NCBI RefSeq assembly: GCF_006345805.1
Contig: NC_042997.1
Span: 139,190,001 to 139,254,000 of the forward strand
Direction: 5' to 3'
DNA: 64,000 bases
From: Octopus sinensis
Lineage: Eukaryota
The notes beneath the pieces were generated by a model. That model was not told the DNA's origin, did no database searches, and saw nothing but the letters and a program-made list of their open reading frames with translations. The position numbers and the translations under genes were made by a program. Below, one piece after another: positions 51,771 through 64,000 of the stretch (positions are counted from its first letter, which is position 1; every line of letters begins with the position of its first letter).

Positions 51771-52804
51771 ATATATATATATGTAAGTATAGATACATAT
51801 ACACATGTATGTATGTATGTATGTACGTATGTATGTATGTATGTATGTATGTATGTATGTATGTATGTATGTATGTATGTATGTATGTATTCATGTATGT
51901 ATGTGTGTGTATGTATGCATGTATGTATGAATAAACATGTTCTTTTATTCTTTTGCTTGTTTCACTCATTGGACAGCGGCCAGCTGAGCACCACGTTAAC
52001 TCGATTTAGTGGAACAAATCGACCCTCTGTACTTATTCTTTTAAAGGCTGATACTCTATTCTATCGAACTTGCCTAACCGCTAAGTTTAGTGGCATGTAA
52101 ACAAAACAGCTCCTGTTTTCAAGCGATATGGGAGACAAGCGCAAAGACACACACATATACGCGCGCACACATACACACACTCACACGCACGCACACACAC
52201 ATGCGCGCACACATATGTGGCAGGCTTCCCGATAGTTTCCATCTAAAAATTGTATATTCTATTCTATAATTTTAATTAAGTTCTATATTACATAATGTTT
52301 CAATCAGCTTTAGTTTACCCCTTTTATAAGTGAGACACTATACACTGCGAAATATAATATATGGTCAAGTGGTTAACACGTTTGCTTCTCAGCCATGAGA
52401 TTCCTGTTTCGATCACATTGCACGTCATCTGAAGCTAGTATCAATTTTTGTAACTTCGAACTGACTATATCTTCTGAATGAAATTCTTTTGATGTAAACT
52501 ATAAAAACTATACAGAAGTCAGTCAGATTTCACTTGTATTTCAAAGGTATAGACTTATCATGCACCAACAGATGGTTCGTTCCCTTGTGTGGCTGATGAC
52601 GTTTATTGATACAGAAACACAAATCAACAGCTGTCCTTATGGGCATGTCATTATTCTACTTCAGAATTACGTTAAGGATACACGTGTTTAAAGAATACTC
52701 AACCACGTACATGTTATTTCAATTAGTGCAATTGGCTGAAATGAAACCATCCATCCATCCAGCCTTCCATCTATCCATCCATATGTATGCGTGTGTGTGT
52801 GTGT

Positions 52805-52845
<41 letters not shown>

Positions 52846-53279
52846 TCTGTGAGTGTGTGTACGTATCTGAAACAGAAATTACGTAAGAGAATTGGCTCAG
52901 CATATCCAAATAGCCAATGACCTGCTTCAACAGCAAAGAATCATAAAGGTATACTACATACTATACAAGACAAATTCGTGGCGCATTGAAATTATCTCGG
53001 CTCCCAAGGAATGTAGAAGAATCACAATTGGGGCCAACTCCAAACAAGAAGTAAATATATAGTCAAGAACTAATAATTCTCTACAGCTGAGATACTGGTA
53101 AGGAAAACAGAATTTCATTGTCTGGACACAAGAGGAGTATCAGGTTTATAGGCGTCATCAGCCATGCAAGCTAATGAACCTCCTATTAGTTGTTGTTGAT
53201 CTACCATATGGTACCTATTTAAAACAAGATGGAATGAGAGAGTTGAGTGCCTTAGGCACGGACGAAGACAGTATATATA

Positions 53280-53322
<43 letters not shown>

Positions 53323-53327
53323 TGTGG

Positions 53328-53408
<81 letters not shown>

Positions 53409-53501
53409 TGCATATATATATATACATACAAACATACGTACGTACGTATTAACATGCATACAACCATACATACATACATACATACATACATACATACATA
53501 C

Positions 53502-53532
<31 letters not shown>

Positions 53533-53564
53533 CATACATACATACATACATACATACATAATAC

Positions 53565-53870
53565 AACCTGTGTGCGGTTGTGGAAATCAGCCGCCCTACG
53601 GATGTTAACAACACTAAAGATCAACGAGAAAGAGAATACCTACGCTGAACTATTGAGAAATCTAGTCACTCAATCCAGGTTACAAGTTCCAGTTTATACC
53701 TGTAATTATTGGGGCACCGAGATATGGAACACACTGCCTAAATAGCAAGCTTGAGAAATTAGGCTTCTCAAAACCAAAAAGGAGAAAGCTGATTCAAAGA
53801 CTACAGATTCAAGCCAACACTGGAACTCTAAAAATCTCTAAAACTTTCCAGAAGTTTAACATTTAAGTAT
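53565..53870 (+). pseudogene. 3' end (RLE domain) of a non-LTR element related to 10700-13940
   Basis: VVEISRPTDVN..KENTYAELLRNL..FIPVIIGA..GTLKISKTFQKFNI* parallels the C-terminus at ~13700-13940. Confidence 0.75.
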
Positions 53871-54389
53871 ATATGAGCGTGTCTAGATGTGCAACTATAT
53901 GCATGAGAATACATACATAAAACAAAACATACAAATCTTGAAATAAAACTGAACAAACATACATAGATACATATGAATCAAAAGTTCAGGGCTTGCATAT
54001 CTCAGCAAAAACCTGGAAATACTGTCTACATTGTATCTTATTTCTTGTATATCTCTCCCTCGTCACAAAAACTTCTAAAGAAAATGAACTCCACTAATTT
54101 CGATTGAAGCACTTTTAACTCGTCTCTGATGATGTGATATCATTTATTTCCCTGTAAGACCACCTTTCTATTTATAAAAGTCCTAGGTATATCAAACTGC
54201 CTTGGCCTTGTTATCTTGTTTTATTTAACATATACACGCTCACACATGACCTGCCTCAGACTCCTCACTCATGCTATTATTGAACCGGGAGCTTAGCAGC
54301 GGTACTTCCGTAGTAGTTACATATCCTTACCTGCCTTTTGTATCTTCTGGATACCAAAATACATACACGCGCACACACACACACACATG

Positions 54390-54432
<43 letters not shown>

Positions 54433-54715
54433 GCGAGAAAGAAGCAACAAGAATGGATAGGTTTTAGTACGATCGTTCATACAAGGACAGGTTTATTAAA
54501 AGTTGCAACTTTTAATAAACCTGTCCTTTTAATAAACCTGTCCTTGTATGAAACGATCGTACTAAAAACCTATCCATTCTTGTTGCTTCTTTCTCGCTTA
54601 TAATCACCCCACATTACTGTATTGTTAATCAGTATAGTTTTTTTGGTGCATCTAAGTTAGGTACCATATTCAAGTAAATTCATTTAAATTAACTTGAATC
54701 TTTATTGCTCTTTGA
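54433..54715. mobile_element. Palindromic fold-back insert in (TA)n with the 3' half of a hammerhead motif
   Basis: Arms 54433-54505 and 54506-54597, centred on ttgcaa, with a 17-bp duplication in the right arm. GAAA-cgatcg-TA at 54550-54561. Unique tail to ~54715. Confidence 0.6.
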
Positions 54716-54772
<57 letters not shown>

Positions 54773-54780
54773 TATATATA

Positions 54781-54940
54781 TACGACGGGTTTCTTTCAGT
54801 TTCCGTCTACCAAATCCACTCACAACGCTTTGTCGGCCCGATGCCATAGAAGACACTTGCCGAAGGTGCCATACAGTGGAATTAAACCCGGAACCATATG
54901 GCTGTGAAGCAAGCGTCTTACCACACAGCGCCGCCTGCAC
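54781..54940 (-). mobile_element. Family A SINE, 5' half
   Basis: cgacgggtttctttcagtttccgtctaccaaatccactcacaa..cacagcgccgcctgc. Confidence 0.8.
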
Positions 54941-56464
54941 CTATGCATATATACCTATCAGCACAAAGTATATTGGTGGAACATTCTCATCAAAACCTCT
55001 ACAAAATTCAAATGTAGCAGATCTGACATAGTTGTTTGAGACATAAAGCTTTGTATTGTCATGGAAGGTAGATTTTCTGCAGCTGTGAACAACTCTTCCA
55101 AAATCAGCGAATTCTCATGGAGTCGTACGCACACTGTCGGGAAATGTGGCGTGTCTTGGGATTTAAACACGAAGACTATTCTTCCTCAGCTGATTACAAT
55201 CTATTGTTCGCAGAAAGAGAATGTACGGACGAAAGCGCGAAGTATCGACACCGGTACTGAACTGGTACTTTATTTATCGATCCAGAAAGGATGACAGGCA
55301 ACACTGACCTCCACCTGATTTGAACTCAGAACGCAGAAAGAAGGTATGAATGAATGCCGCAACACCTTCTATCCGACTCTCTAAGGAACCAGCCAGTTTT
55401 CCGCCTTAGTTCACTTACTGAAATTCAAGTGCAAAAAAAAAGTGCACTGGAAAGTAACTATAGGATTTGCATGAAATGAAATGAGAAATGTGTCTTAAAA
55501 ACTTAACCATTCAAGGAAAGATAAATTATCTATACAGACAGATACTGCAAGCATCTAAATATGATACGTGTCTGAAAAAAACTTAAATGTATTAACGACA
55601 TCATTCCCAGAGCTAACAAATGATTATACGAAAAGAAATAAGCTGGCAAAATGAATAAGAAATAAACTTCTTGTGCAACATCAAGTCGCGAGATAAAAAC
55701 TTGCTAAAATAAGAAATATTGAAAAAGAACTGAAATATAAAGTTTTTTTGATGTTGGAAATGATCACACCAATTCACAATAAAAGAAGCAGGTCACTTAC
55801 CGATAACAAGTTCGTATCTCTCAACTCGTACTTCCCACTTTGAGCATTGCAGGTTCGTATTTCTCACCTTGGCCCAAAACTAAAATACTGGAACGCATCC
55901 GAGAAAGTTAGTTATTGAGAAAGCGTCTGTATAATCGCTCTGCTTGACAGAAATAGTAGTCAAATCTCCCTCATATCACACACATTTTAAAATAAAAAAA
56001 AGGATATATCAGACAGTAAGACCTAGATAAAATATGTCCGAAAAAAAAAAAACAGAAACGGAATTATCACGGTTAAAATATCTTTGACCATAAGCCTGCA
56101 GGGTAAAATACTGACATAAAAGCTAAGCAACAAAGTAACAACAAACAACTGAATGAATGGGTTTCAACTGAAAGATCTTGAGATATTAGAACAACTCTAT
56201 CTGGCTCTTTGTCGGTTACGACGCTAAGTGTTCCAGCTGATCCAATTAAAGGAACAGCTTGTTCGTGAAATTAATGTGCAAGTGGCTGAGCACTCCACAG
56301 ACACGCGAACCCTTAGCGTAGTTCTCAGGGACTTTCGATGTGACACACCGAACGTGACAAGGATGGCCTATTGAACTACTAGTACAATTCATTTTTGCCA
56401 GATGAGTGGATTGGAGCAACGTGAAATAAAATGTCTTACTCAGGGATACAACGCGTAGTCAAGT

Positions 56465-56680
56465 ATCGAATTTTATTCAACTGAATGCACGTCATTGATT
56501 GGTTGAAATTACCGAAATAGGACTACTTTAACGTGAAATTACTTCGTAAATATAAGTTTTTCTCAAAAATGCTAAGAGTAAAAGATGTTTTATATGACAC
56601 ATTCTACCAGTGTCCGAAGTTTGAAAGTGTTTAGTTACAAAAAATATTTTTTAAATCTGTAGGTCAAAAGGTAAAGATCC
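56465..56680. mobile_element. Fragment of a DNA transposon related to the 28478-28834 element
   Basis: Ends in aaagatcc. ttctaccagtgtccgaagtttgaaagtgtttagttac resembles the reverse complement of 28521-28558. Confidence 0.55.
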
Positions 56681-56685
56681 GAATT

Positions 56686-56897
56686 CAGCGAGCTGGCAGA
56701 AACGTTAGCACGCCGGGCGAAATGCTTAGCGGTATTTCGTCTGTCTTTACGTTCCTAGTTTAAATCTCGCCGAGGTCGACATTGTTTTTCATCCCCTCGG
56801 GCTCGATAAATTAAGTACCAGTTGCGTACTAGGGTCGATCTAATCGACTAGCCCCCCTCCCCAAAAATTTCGGGCCTTGTGCCTATAATAGAAAAGA
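56686..56897 (+). mobile_element. Family-B SINE
   Basis: gcgagctggcagaaacgttagcacgccgggcgaaatgc..gataaattaagtaccag..ccttgtgcctataatagaaa. Confidence 0.88.
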
Positions 56898-57767
56898 ATA
56901 TAGAAATTTTCTGCTGATATAATCAACTGCTTTCAAATCTAGCAGTGACAAATGATAACCAGGAGCTTCTATGTGGTGTCTAGATCGGCTAAAAGTAGCA
57001 GAGAGATTATCAGCAAATTACACTCCACCGTTTAATGAAAAACAATAGAGATAATGAGTCCAAGGTATACACAATGAAGAAATGGTTTCGACTTGAATGC
57101 TGTTGCCTATAGGTCTTCTTAATCAGGTTTAGCCAGTGGCTAAACAACAGCAGCAACAGAACCAGCAGCAGAAACAACAACAACAGCAGTAGCGGCACCA
57201 GTAGCGGCACCAGTAGCGGCAGTAGCAGCAATAAAGAGAAGTGACACCGATATTCATTGGCAATGCAGTCAACAAGAATTCGCTGTTGCTGATAAGATTA
57301 AGATAACAGGCTTCCGTCTGTAAAGCCGTTCTCTAATCAGCATACTCCAGCCTGGCAACAATGATGTCTGTATGATAGACATTATATAATGTTGTAATGA
57401 CAGGTGCGTGGCCTAATGGCAAGGGTGTTGCCCTCGCGATAAAGAAATCGTGGTTATCGATTTTGGGGCCGGGCAATACGCTGTGTTCTCGACGAAACAC
57501 TTCATATCACGTTACCCAAAAATTACTTCGACATTGGACCTGTGGCACACTGTGCATCTATACAGACAATGCCAATTTGTCACAATAAACAGACCATCTG
57601 TGCACGGTTTTTTCAGCAAGAAACTGTGGATTCTTCATCAGTTGTTTACGACAGAAGAGTCCACCATCTCTATGTATATGTGTATATATATATGTATATA
57701 TATAATGTATTTAGTATAGTATTATATAATACACGTACATGTATAAGTGTATATACATATTATATAT

Positions 57768-58003
57768 GTTCTTTTACTTGTTTCAGTCATTTGACTGTGG
57801 CCATGCTGGAGCACCGCCTTTAGTCGAACAAATCGATCCCAGGACTTACTCTTTGTAAGCCTAGTGCTTATACTATCGGGGTTTTTTGCCGAACCGTTAA
57901 GTTACAGGGACGTAAACACACCAACATCGGTTGTCAAGCGATGGTAGGGGGCAAACAAAGACACACAAATACATACATACATATATGTATATATGTGTGT
58001 ATG

Positions 58004-58046
<43 letters not shown>

Positions 58047-58354
58047 ATATATATTTATATATATATATACACATATATGTGTATTATGTGTATATACATA
58101 TAAATACAGTGTACATTTAAACACATAAGAGGCATCCATCATAGGACTCCTTGCACGCTAGAGAGAACAGTTAAATTCCAAACCACTATTAGAGATAGAA
58201 TTTCGAAGGGAATGAAATAAGAGGCATCCTATGATGGATGCCTCTTATGTGTTTAAATGTACACTGTATTTATATGAATAATATATAGTCTATTGACTAA
58301 ATGTTTACAAGCTAGGCCACTGGTAATGGAAATTTCTAATATTTCTGATTACCC

Positions 58355-58406
<52 letters not shown>

Positions 58407-58567
58407 GACGAGCTTCTTTCAGTTTCCATCTACCAAATACAATTACAAGGTTTTGGTCGGTCAGAGGCCATAGTAGGAGACACTTGCCCAAGGTGCTACG
58501 CGGTCGGACTGAACCTGGAACCATGTGGTTGAGAAGCAAGCTTCTTACCACACAGCCACTCCTGCGC
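57768..58567 (-). mobile_element. Family A SINE interrupted within its internal (TA)n by a fold-back insert
   Basis: 3' half at 57768-57970 and 5' half at 58404-58567, in the same orientation. Confidence 0.8.
58097..58360. mobile_element. Fold-back insert in (TA)n
   Basis: 50-bp perfect inverted arms 58097-58146 and 58227-58276, a nested hairpin at 58217-58248, and a unique tail to ~58360. Confidence 0.6.
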
Positions 58568-58940
58568 AGGCGTGGCTGTTTGGAGAGATGCTTGCTTCCC
58601 GACTACATGGTTCGGAGTTCACTCCTACTGCGTGACACCTTGGGCAAGTGTCTTCCACTAAAGCCTCGGGTTGACCGAAGCCTTGTGAGTGGATTTGCTA
58701 GACGAAAACTGAAAACCCATCATATATATCATCTGTGTGTGTGTGTCTTTGTGTCCGTGTTGTCACTCCACCATCGCTTGACAACCGCTACTGGTTTGTT
58801 TACGTCCCGGTAAATTAGCGGTTCGGCAAAAGAGAACCGATAAAATAAGTACCAAGCAACATAAAATGTAGTGAGATCGACACATTCAACTAAAAATTCC
58901 TCAAGACAGTGGCCCAGACTGACACAAATAAAATATAAAA
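58564..58940 (+). mobile_element. Family A SINE, head-to-head with the previous copy
   Basis: gcgcaggcgtggctg head, ccttgggcaagtgtc core, gcggttcggcaaaagag body. Confidence 0.8.
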
Positions 58941-59339
58941 GATTTATGTATATATGTATTTGCTTAACGTAGTATTCTTTTGGGGGTAAGAACTACCGGG
59001 GGATGTTTGTGTATTGGGTGGCAATGTCCGTAGGATGTGACTCAACCCACGTAGATCTAAATTGGTAACATATATTCACCACTTTAAATAAAGTGCAAAA
59101 CAAAAGAGCAGAAGAAGGAAACTCAATCTGTTAGAAATAGCAACCAAATTCTTTCACATTACACGTAATTGTGAAGGACACACATTAAGTAATGTAATAA
59201 TCCTACCAAAACATGGGATACACATGGCTGGAATAGCTTTAATGATCAGGTCTGCTCGATCAGGTTTAACTTTGAAGGTGCAACAAGAAGTGATCTGTGG
59301 CTCTTTAGTTTTTTTAATTCGATTGGTCGAGGGGAAGAA

Positions 59340-60620
59340 TTGGTGATCATTTCCTTCGTAGGCCCTTCAGAGTTGGTGAAACGACGCGTTCAACATTCGT
59401 CTCGTAGGGAAAGTATATACGGAGAGTGAATTCTAGAGTGAAAGAAACGACTGGATGTGGTTGTTAGTGTGGGACCAGGGGTGGAATGACCATAATATGG
59501 CTGATGAGAGACGAATGAGTCGGTAGTGCCTAAGTTCGAACATGAGTGAAAGCGGTAGGAGAAATATTTCTTGGAGGAAGAGTGTAGAGAAACAGGAAGA
59601 GTCGTGGCAGTGGAAAAGGTCGGGAGGGAAAGCAGTATGTCTGTGCATCAGATTTATGTATGTGAGGTACTTTATGCTTGTCAGTCGGGTGAGCTTATTT
59701 CGGATGCGTTCGAGAATATTTGCGTTTACAGAAAGGTTAAAAAAAGTCACCCCTTCTAGGATTTAAACTCAAAACACGTGGCATTTTATCGCGTTCTCTG
59801 CTGGTTCTATCAGTCACCACCCCGTTCCGACTATGTAAAAGAAAATAGAATAAAAAGATATGGAACTAAAAAAAAAGAAAAAAATTGAATGAGGGAAAAA
59901 AAATAACTTCAAAAAGCAATGAAGAAACAGAATGAAGAGCAAGTATTAAAATACCGAAAAATTGCATCAATCAATAACTAAGAGCAAAATGTATATATTT
60001 TTATTTATTGTTAGTAATTAGTGTCAGTTAATTACCACAATTTATTTATTAATAGCAATTAATGTCAGTTAATTCTCACAATCTTTCATTGCTGTCAGGC
60101 TTCATTTGTTAAGGGTCAGGGGCATTTTTCATCTACCATAATATGAGATAACACCGCGACGATGTGTCTATCGGTTAAACCAGTTGATGAAATCCTTATT
60201 CGTTTTAGTACTGCCGTCAGATGTGAGAGCAGTATTCCAGAATTTGTATTCTTTTTCTTTCTTTCTTGCTTAAAGAGAACGGCTAGTCTTTTTGGTGTTG
60301 TCTTAGTTATGTTAAGATTGTGCGTTCCTTAGAAGAGATCACCAGTGATGGTGAGGTCTGGAATTTGTTACATCCTTCTGAATTCTAGCCGCGTATTGTT
60401 GAAGTTTAGAGGAGGGAGTGCGGTGAGATTTTCTTGATGTGTGTTGTATTCAGACGAACTAATAGATGAAGAAGCTGTAACGGTTTTGTAAAAATTGTAG
60501 TTGAAGCTGAGAAAAAGATCGGGGTTGTTGAGTTGGACAGGCCAATGAAGATTGGTTATAATTTTATGTGACCTGTCCGAACTGATACACATCTCGTAAG
60601 ATAACAACGTTCGTTTCTTA
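59340..60620 (-). pseudogene. Very decayed CR1/Jockey-type LINE 3' fragments, interrupted
   Basis: Remnants LTITGDL..LNITKTTPKRLAVLF (~60270-60360) and HTNNHIQSFL (~59445-59475) resemble post-RT regions of such LINEs. Confidence 0.4.
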
Positions 60621-61564
60621 TATACAAAATGAGCCAGAAAAGGTCATATCCAAACGGAGAAATGGACAAACTGAAAGAAGATCAATGGCAGAGTAACAGG
60701 TAGGAGTATGTTACGTTGTTGCCAGCAACAAAAGCCTTGGACACATTTATTAGGATAAATCCTGTACAGTCACGATAAAAGTCGCATGGTGAGAGAAACA
60801 GCTGTTACCTAGTCAACAGCTGGCAAGAGAATCCTGCCAATCCCGTCTTTTTGTACATTGTCTAATACGTTCTTACTTTTTTTTAAACCAAAAACATTAA
60901 GATGTGATTTGAGGAAATTTGGTTGATATTTTTTGCAGACTAAGCTACTGAGTAGAAGCAACTTCAGGTGACACAGTATCATAAATTCGACGAAGAATTA
61001 GTACATTAAAAGACAGTGTCGACCTCGCCGGCATTAAAATTCAGAATGAATTCTTACTAAACACTGTAAGTCACTCAACGGTTTCTGTTATCCACTACCT
61101 TCCTTCATCTAAGCACAAACCATACATTGTAGTGGATCGGTATAGTCGACTCAGATATCATCGTTACATATTTGAACACCCGCTTCGCACCCTAGAAGGA
61201 TGAAAGATAAAATTAACCGCTTCACACCTCAACGCCAGGATTTAAACTCAAAATAAAGGTCTTAACTGTATCGCATTTTACTCATCTATCTGTTAATTCT
61301 ATAAGCTAACTACCTACCCACTCCGATTAAGCAATTAAAATAAAAGGGTATTTAATAAAAAAAATTCTGGGTGAGAAAAAGTGCAGAAAATTTAATGGAA
61401 GAGACGAAACGAAGTGGAATTGAAATGTCAAAACATTTCATCGTCTATATCTAAGAGTATACATACATACATACATACATACATACATACATACATACAT
61501 GCATACGTACATACGTGTGTGTATGTGTGTGTGTGTAAGTATTGATAGATAAATAGATAGACGA

Positions 61565-61633
<69 letters not shown>

Positions 61634-61641
61634 CAGATTTG

Positions 61642-62080
61642 TATTCTTTTATTCTTTTACTTGTTTCAGTCATTTGACCGCGGCCATGCTGGAGCACTGC
61701 CTTAAAGGGTGTTAGTCGAACAAATCGACCCCAAGACTTATTCTTTGCAAGTCTAGTATTTATTCTATCGGTTATTTTTGCCGAACCGCTAAGTTACGGG
61801 AACATAAACACACCAGCATCGGTTGTCAAGCGATAGAGGGGCGTCAAACACACACACACACACACACACACACAAATATATATACACACACACACATATA
61901 TATACTATATATATTAAACGGGCTTCTTTCAGTTTCCGTCTACGAAATCCATTCACAAGGCTTTGGTTTGCCCGAGGTTATAGTAAAAGACACTAGCCCA
62001 AGATGCTACGCAGTGGGACTGGACCCGGAACCATTGCGGTTGGGAAGCAAGCTTCTTACCTCACGGCCACGCCTGCGCCT
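61642..62080 (-). mobile_element. Full-length family A SINE
   Basis: Complete from head ggcgcaggcgtggccgtgaggtaag to tail gaaacaagtaaaagaataaaagaat. Confidence 0.9.
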
Positions 62081-62507
62081 ATATTTATTTTATTTTAAAA
62101 ATTAGTGCCGGTAAACTACCACAATTTATTTATTACAAGAAATTAATGCGTGTTAATTCTCACAATTATTTGATTGTTGTTAGGCTTCATTTAGTAAAGA
62201 TCAGAGGCACTTTTCACCTGCCGGAATACGGAAAGATATTGCGAAGAACAGGTATGAACTATTTAAATCAATGAGAGGAAATCTTTCATTTACTTTCTGC
62301 CATCAGCATCTTATTCACCAATTTAGCGAAATGATGTCTTCTAAAGAATAATAATCGAAGAGAGGAACTTGCTTTTCGAAATGTTTAAGTTTATAAATGT
62401 CTTCTAGAGTATTTTAGCTCCAGGTCAGCCTGATTGAGTTAAGCTTTGATCAAATGTTCCAACCATGGTCTTCCCGCCGATTTTTTTTTCAAGTATAATA
62501 TACATGG

Positions 62508-63030
62508 GTGCAGGCGGTGCTATGTGGTAAGTAGTTTGTTTCCCAATCACATGGCTTTGGGTTCAGTCCCGCTGCATAGCACCTTGGGCAAGTGTCAGCT
62601 ACTAAAGCTCCGAGCTGACCAAAGCCTTGTGAGTGGATTTGGTTGACAGAAACTGAATAGGCTTATTGCATGTGTGTGTCTGTGTGTATGTGTGTTGTCT
62701 CTCAGCACCTCTTGACAACCGCTGTTGACTTATTTGCCTCGTCGTAACTTGGCGGTTTGGCAAAAATGAGATCGATAAAACAATTATTAAGCTTAAAGGC
62801 GAGTATTGGTATCGATTTTTTCGACTGAAACCGCTCAAAAATATGCCTCAGCATGACCGCTGTCTTGTGACTGGAATTTATAGCTTTGTCTTTTAAATGC
62901 CACCGATGTCAACTTTACCTTTCATCCTTTCGCAGTCGATAAAATAAGTACCAGTTAAGCACTGGGGTCAATGTAATCGACAAGCCCTCTCCCACAAAAT
63001 TTCAGGGTTTGTGCCTATTGTAGAAAGGGT
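62508..63030 (+). mobile_element. Diverged family A SINE followed by the 3' part of a family-B SINE
   Basis: gtgcaggcggtgctatgtggtaag..accttgggcaagtgtc, then tcaactttacctttcatcctttcgcagtcgataaaataagtaccag. Confidence 0.75.
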
Positions 63031-64000
63031 TATCTAGTTTTTATCTGTTTCGAGTTTAATCGTCCTCAAAACAAGAATTATTTTCATTACTTATTTCCTC
63101 GACCTTGTAGTTGGTATAAACCATCGAAGTTGTTAAGTCCTAGCCATCCCCATAACCCTCTTTTAGTACAGTACGATAACTATTTTGTTGAGGGTAATAA
63201 TGGGAGAGAGGCGGTGAGCAAATTACAAGAGATCAGTGATCTGATCTTGTATAGTAACACTCAGAACTGTCGCTCTCTAAACATGAATGATACACATTTG
63301 TCTGGTGCTTTGTCTCACACCAACAACCTTGTCTAGACACGCTTCATTTACTGTTTTACATTTCACGACCGTTGTAAACAAAAACTTAAAACAACAGACA
63401 CAACAACAAACGCGTTGATGACGGCAACGACCTTTGCAGACAAAAGATTTCAAATTGAATTTATGAGTTGTGACAGCGAACAGAGTAAATTTAACGAGTC
63501 TATTATTCAAAACATATAAACTACTATACATTCCAACATGTTGACGGAAGTATTTTATTTAAGAACTTCTACGATGCATAATTTATTAGTTTCAATTGAA
63601 AGAGGTTGCCTTCTCTTATTTTTTATAGGTTTATTTATATATTTATTTATTATTATTTTTCTTTTTTAAGTTGAATACAAAGATAGGAAATGTTATAATT
63701 TCATAACGAAGTCGTCACTGAATTTTAAAACATCGTTTCACATCCGCGAAACAAAGACGTCTGCTTTTATTGTATTTTTTCTGTCCTTTTCTTTTTTTTA
63801 CTATTTTTCTTTCTTTCCCCCAGTGTTCTTTTCTTATGTATTTATTTATTCTTTTATCATTTGACACGGCCAACGCCTGTGTCATTTATACACGAACTGC
63901 AAAAGCTATCTAGTTGATTTAGGGAAAGGCTACTTATGTATTGAATGTTCAATTATAAAAAGGCCAACACCCAATAACTGCGTATGTAGACAAGAAGATA

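Noticed and set aside
59500-59525. CTGATGA hammerhead core
   Set aside because: No properly placed GAAA; it lies in an antisense LINE remnant.

Overview
AT-rich eukaryotic (metazoan) DNA, dense in microsatellites and transposable elements. No prokaryotic features, CRISPR array, rRNA or true tRNA gene are visible, and no host protein-coding gene can be supported with confidence. The SINE families and repeat landscape resemble an octopus (coleoid cephalopod) genome; this is an inference from recall, not a search. The only long intact ORF is the RT plus restriction-like-endonuclease (RLE) ORF of an R4/Dong-type non-LTR retrotransposon running off the left edge (1-1850). The rest comprises decayed RLE, L1/Tx1 and CR1-like LINEs, mariner, Tc1 and DD41D (rosa) transposons, Merlin-like and hAT-like MITEs, and three tRNA-derived SINE families. 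The most notable signal is a set of about seven mutually unrelated fold-back (inverted-repeat) inserts in (TA)n tracts. Several carry minimal hammerhead-ribozyme motifs, including apparent A3-U8 and U3-A8 covariant cores, consistent with Penelope-like element (PLE) terminal repeats. Most short ORFs in the supplied track are microsatellite artefacts.
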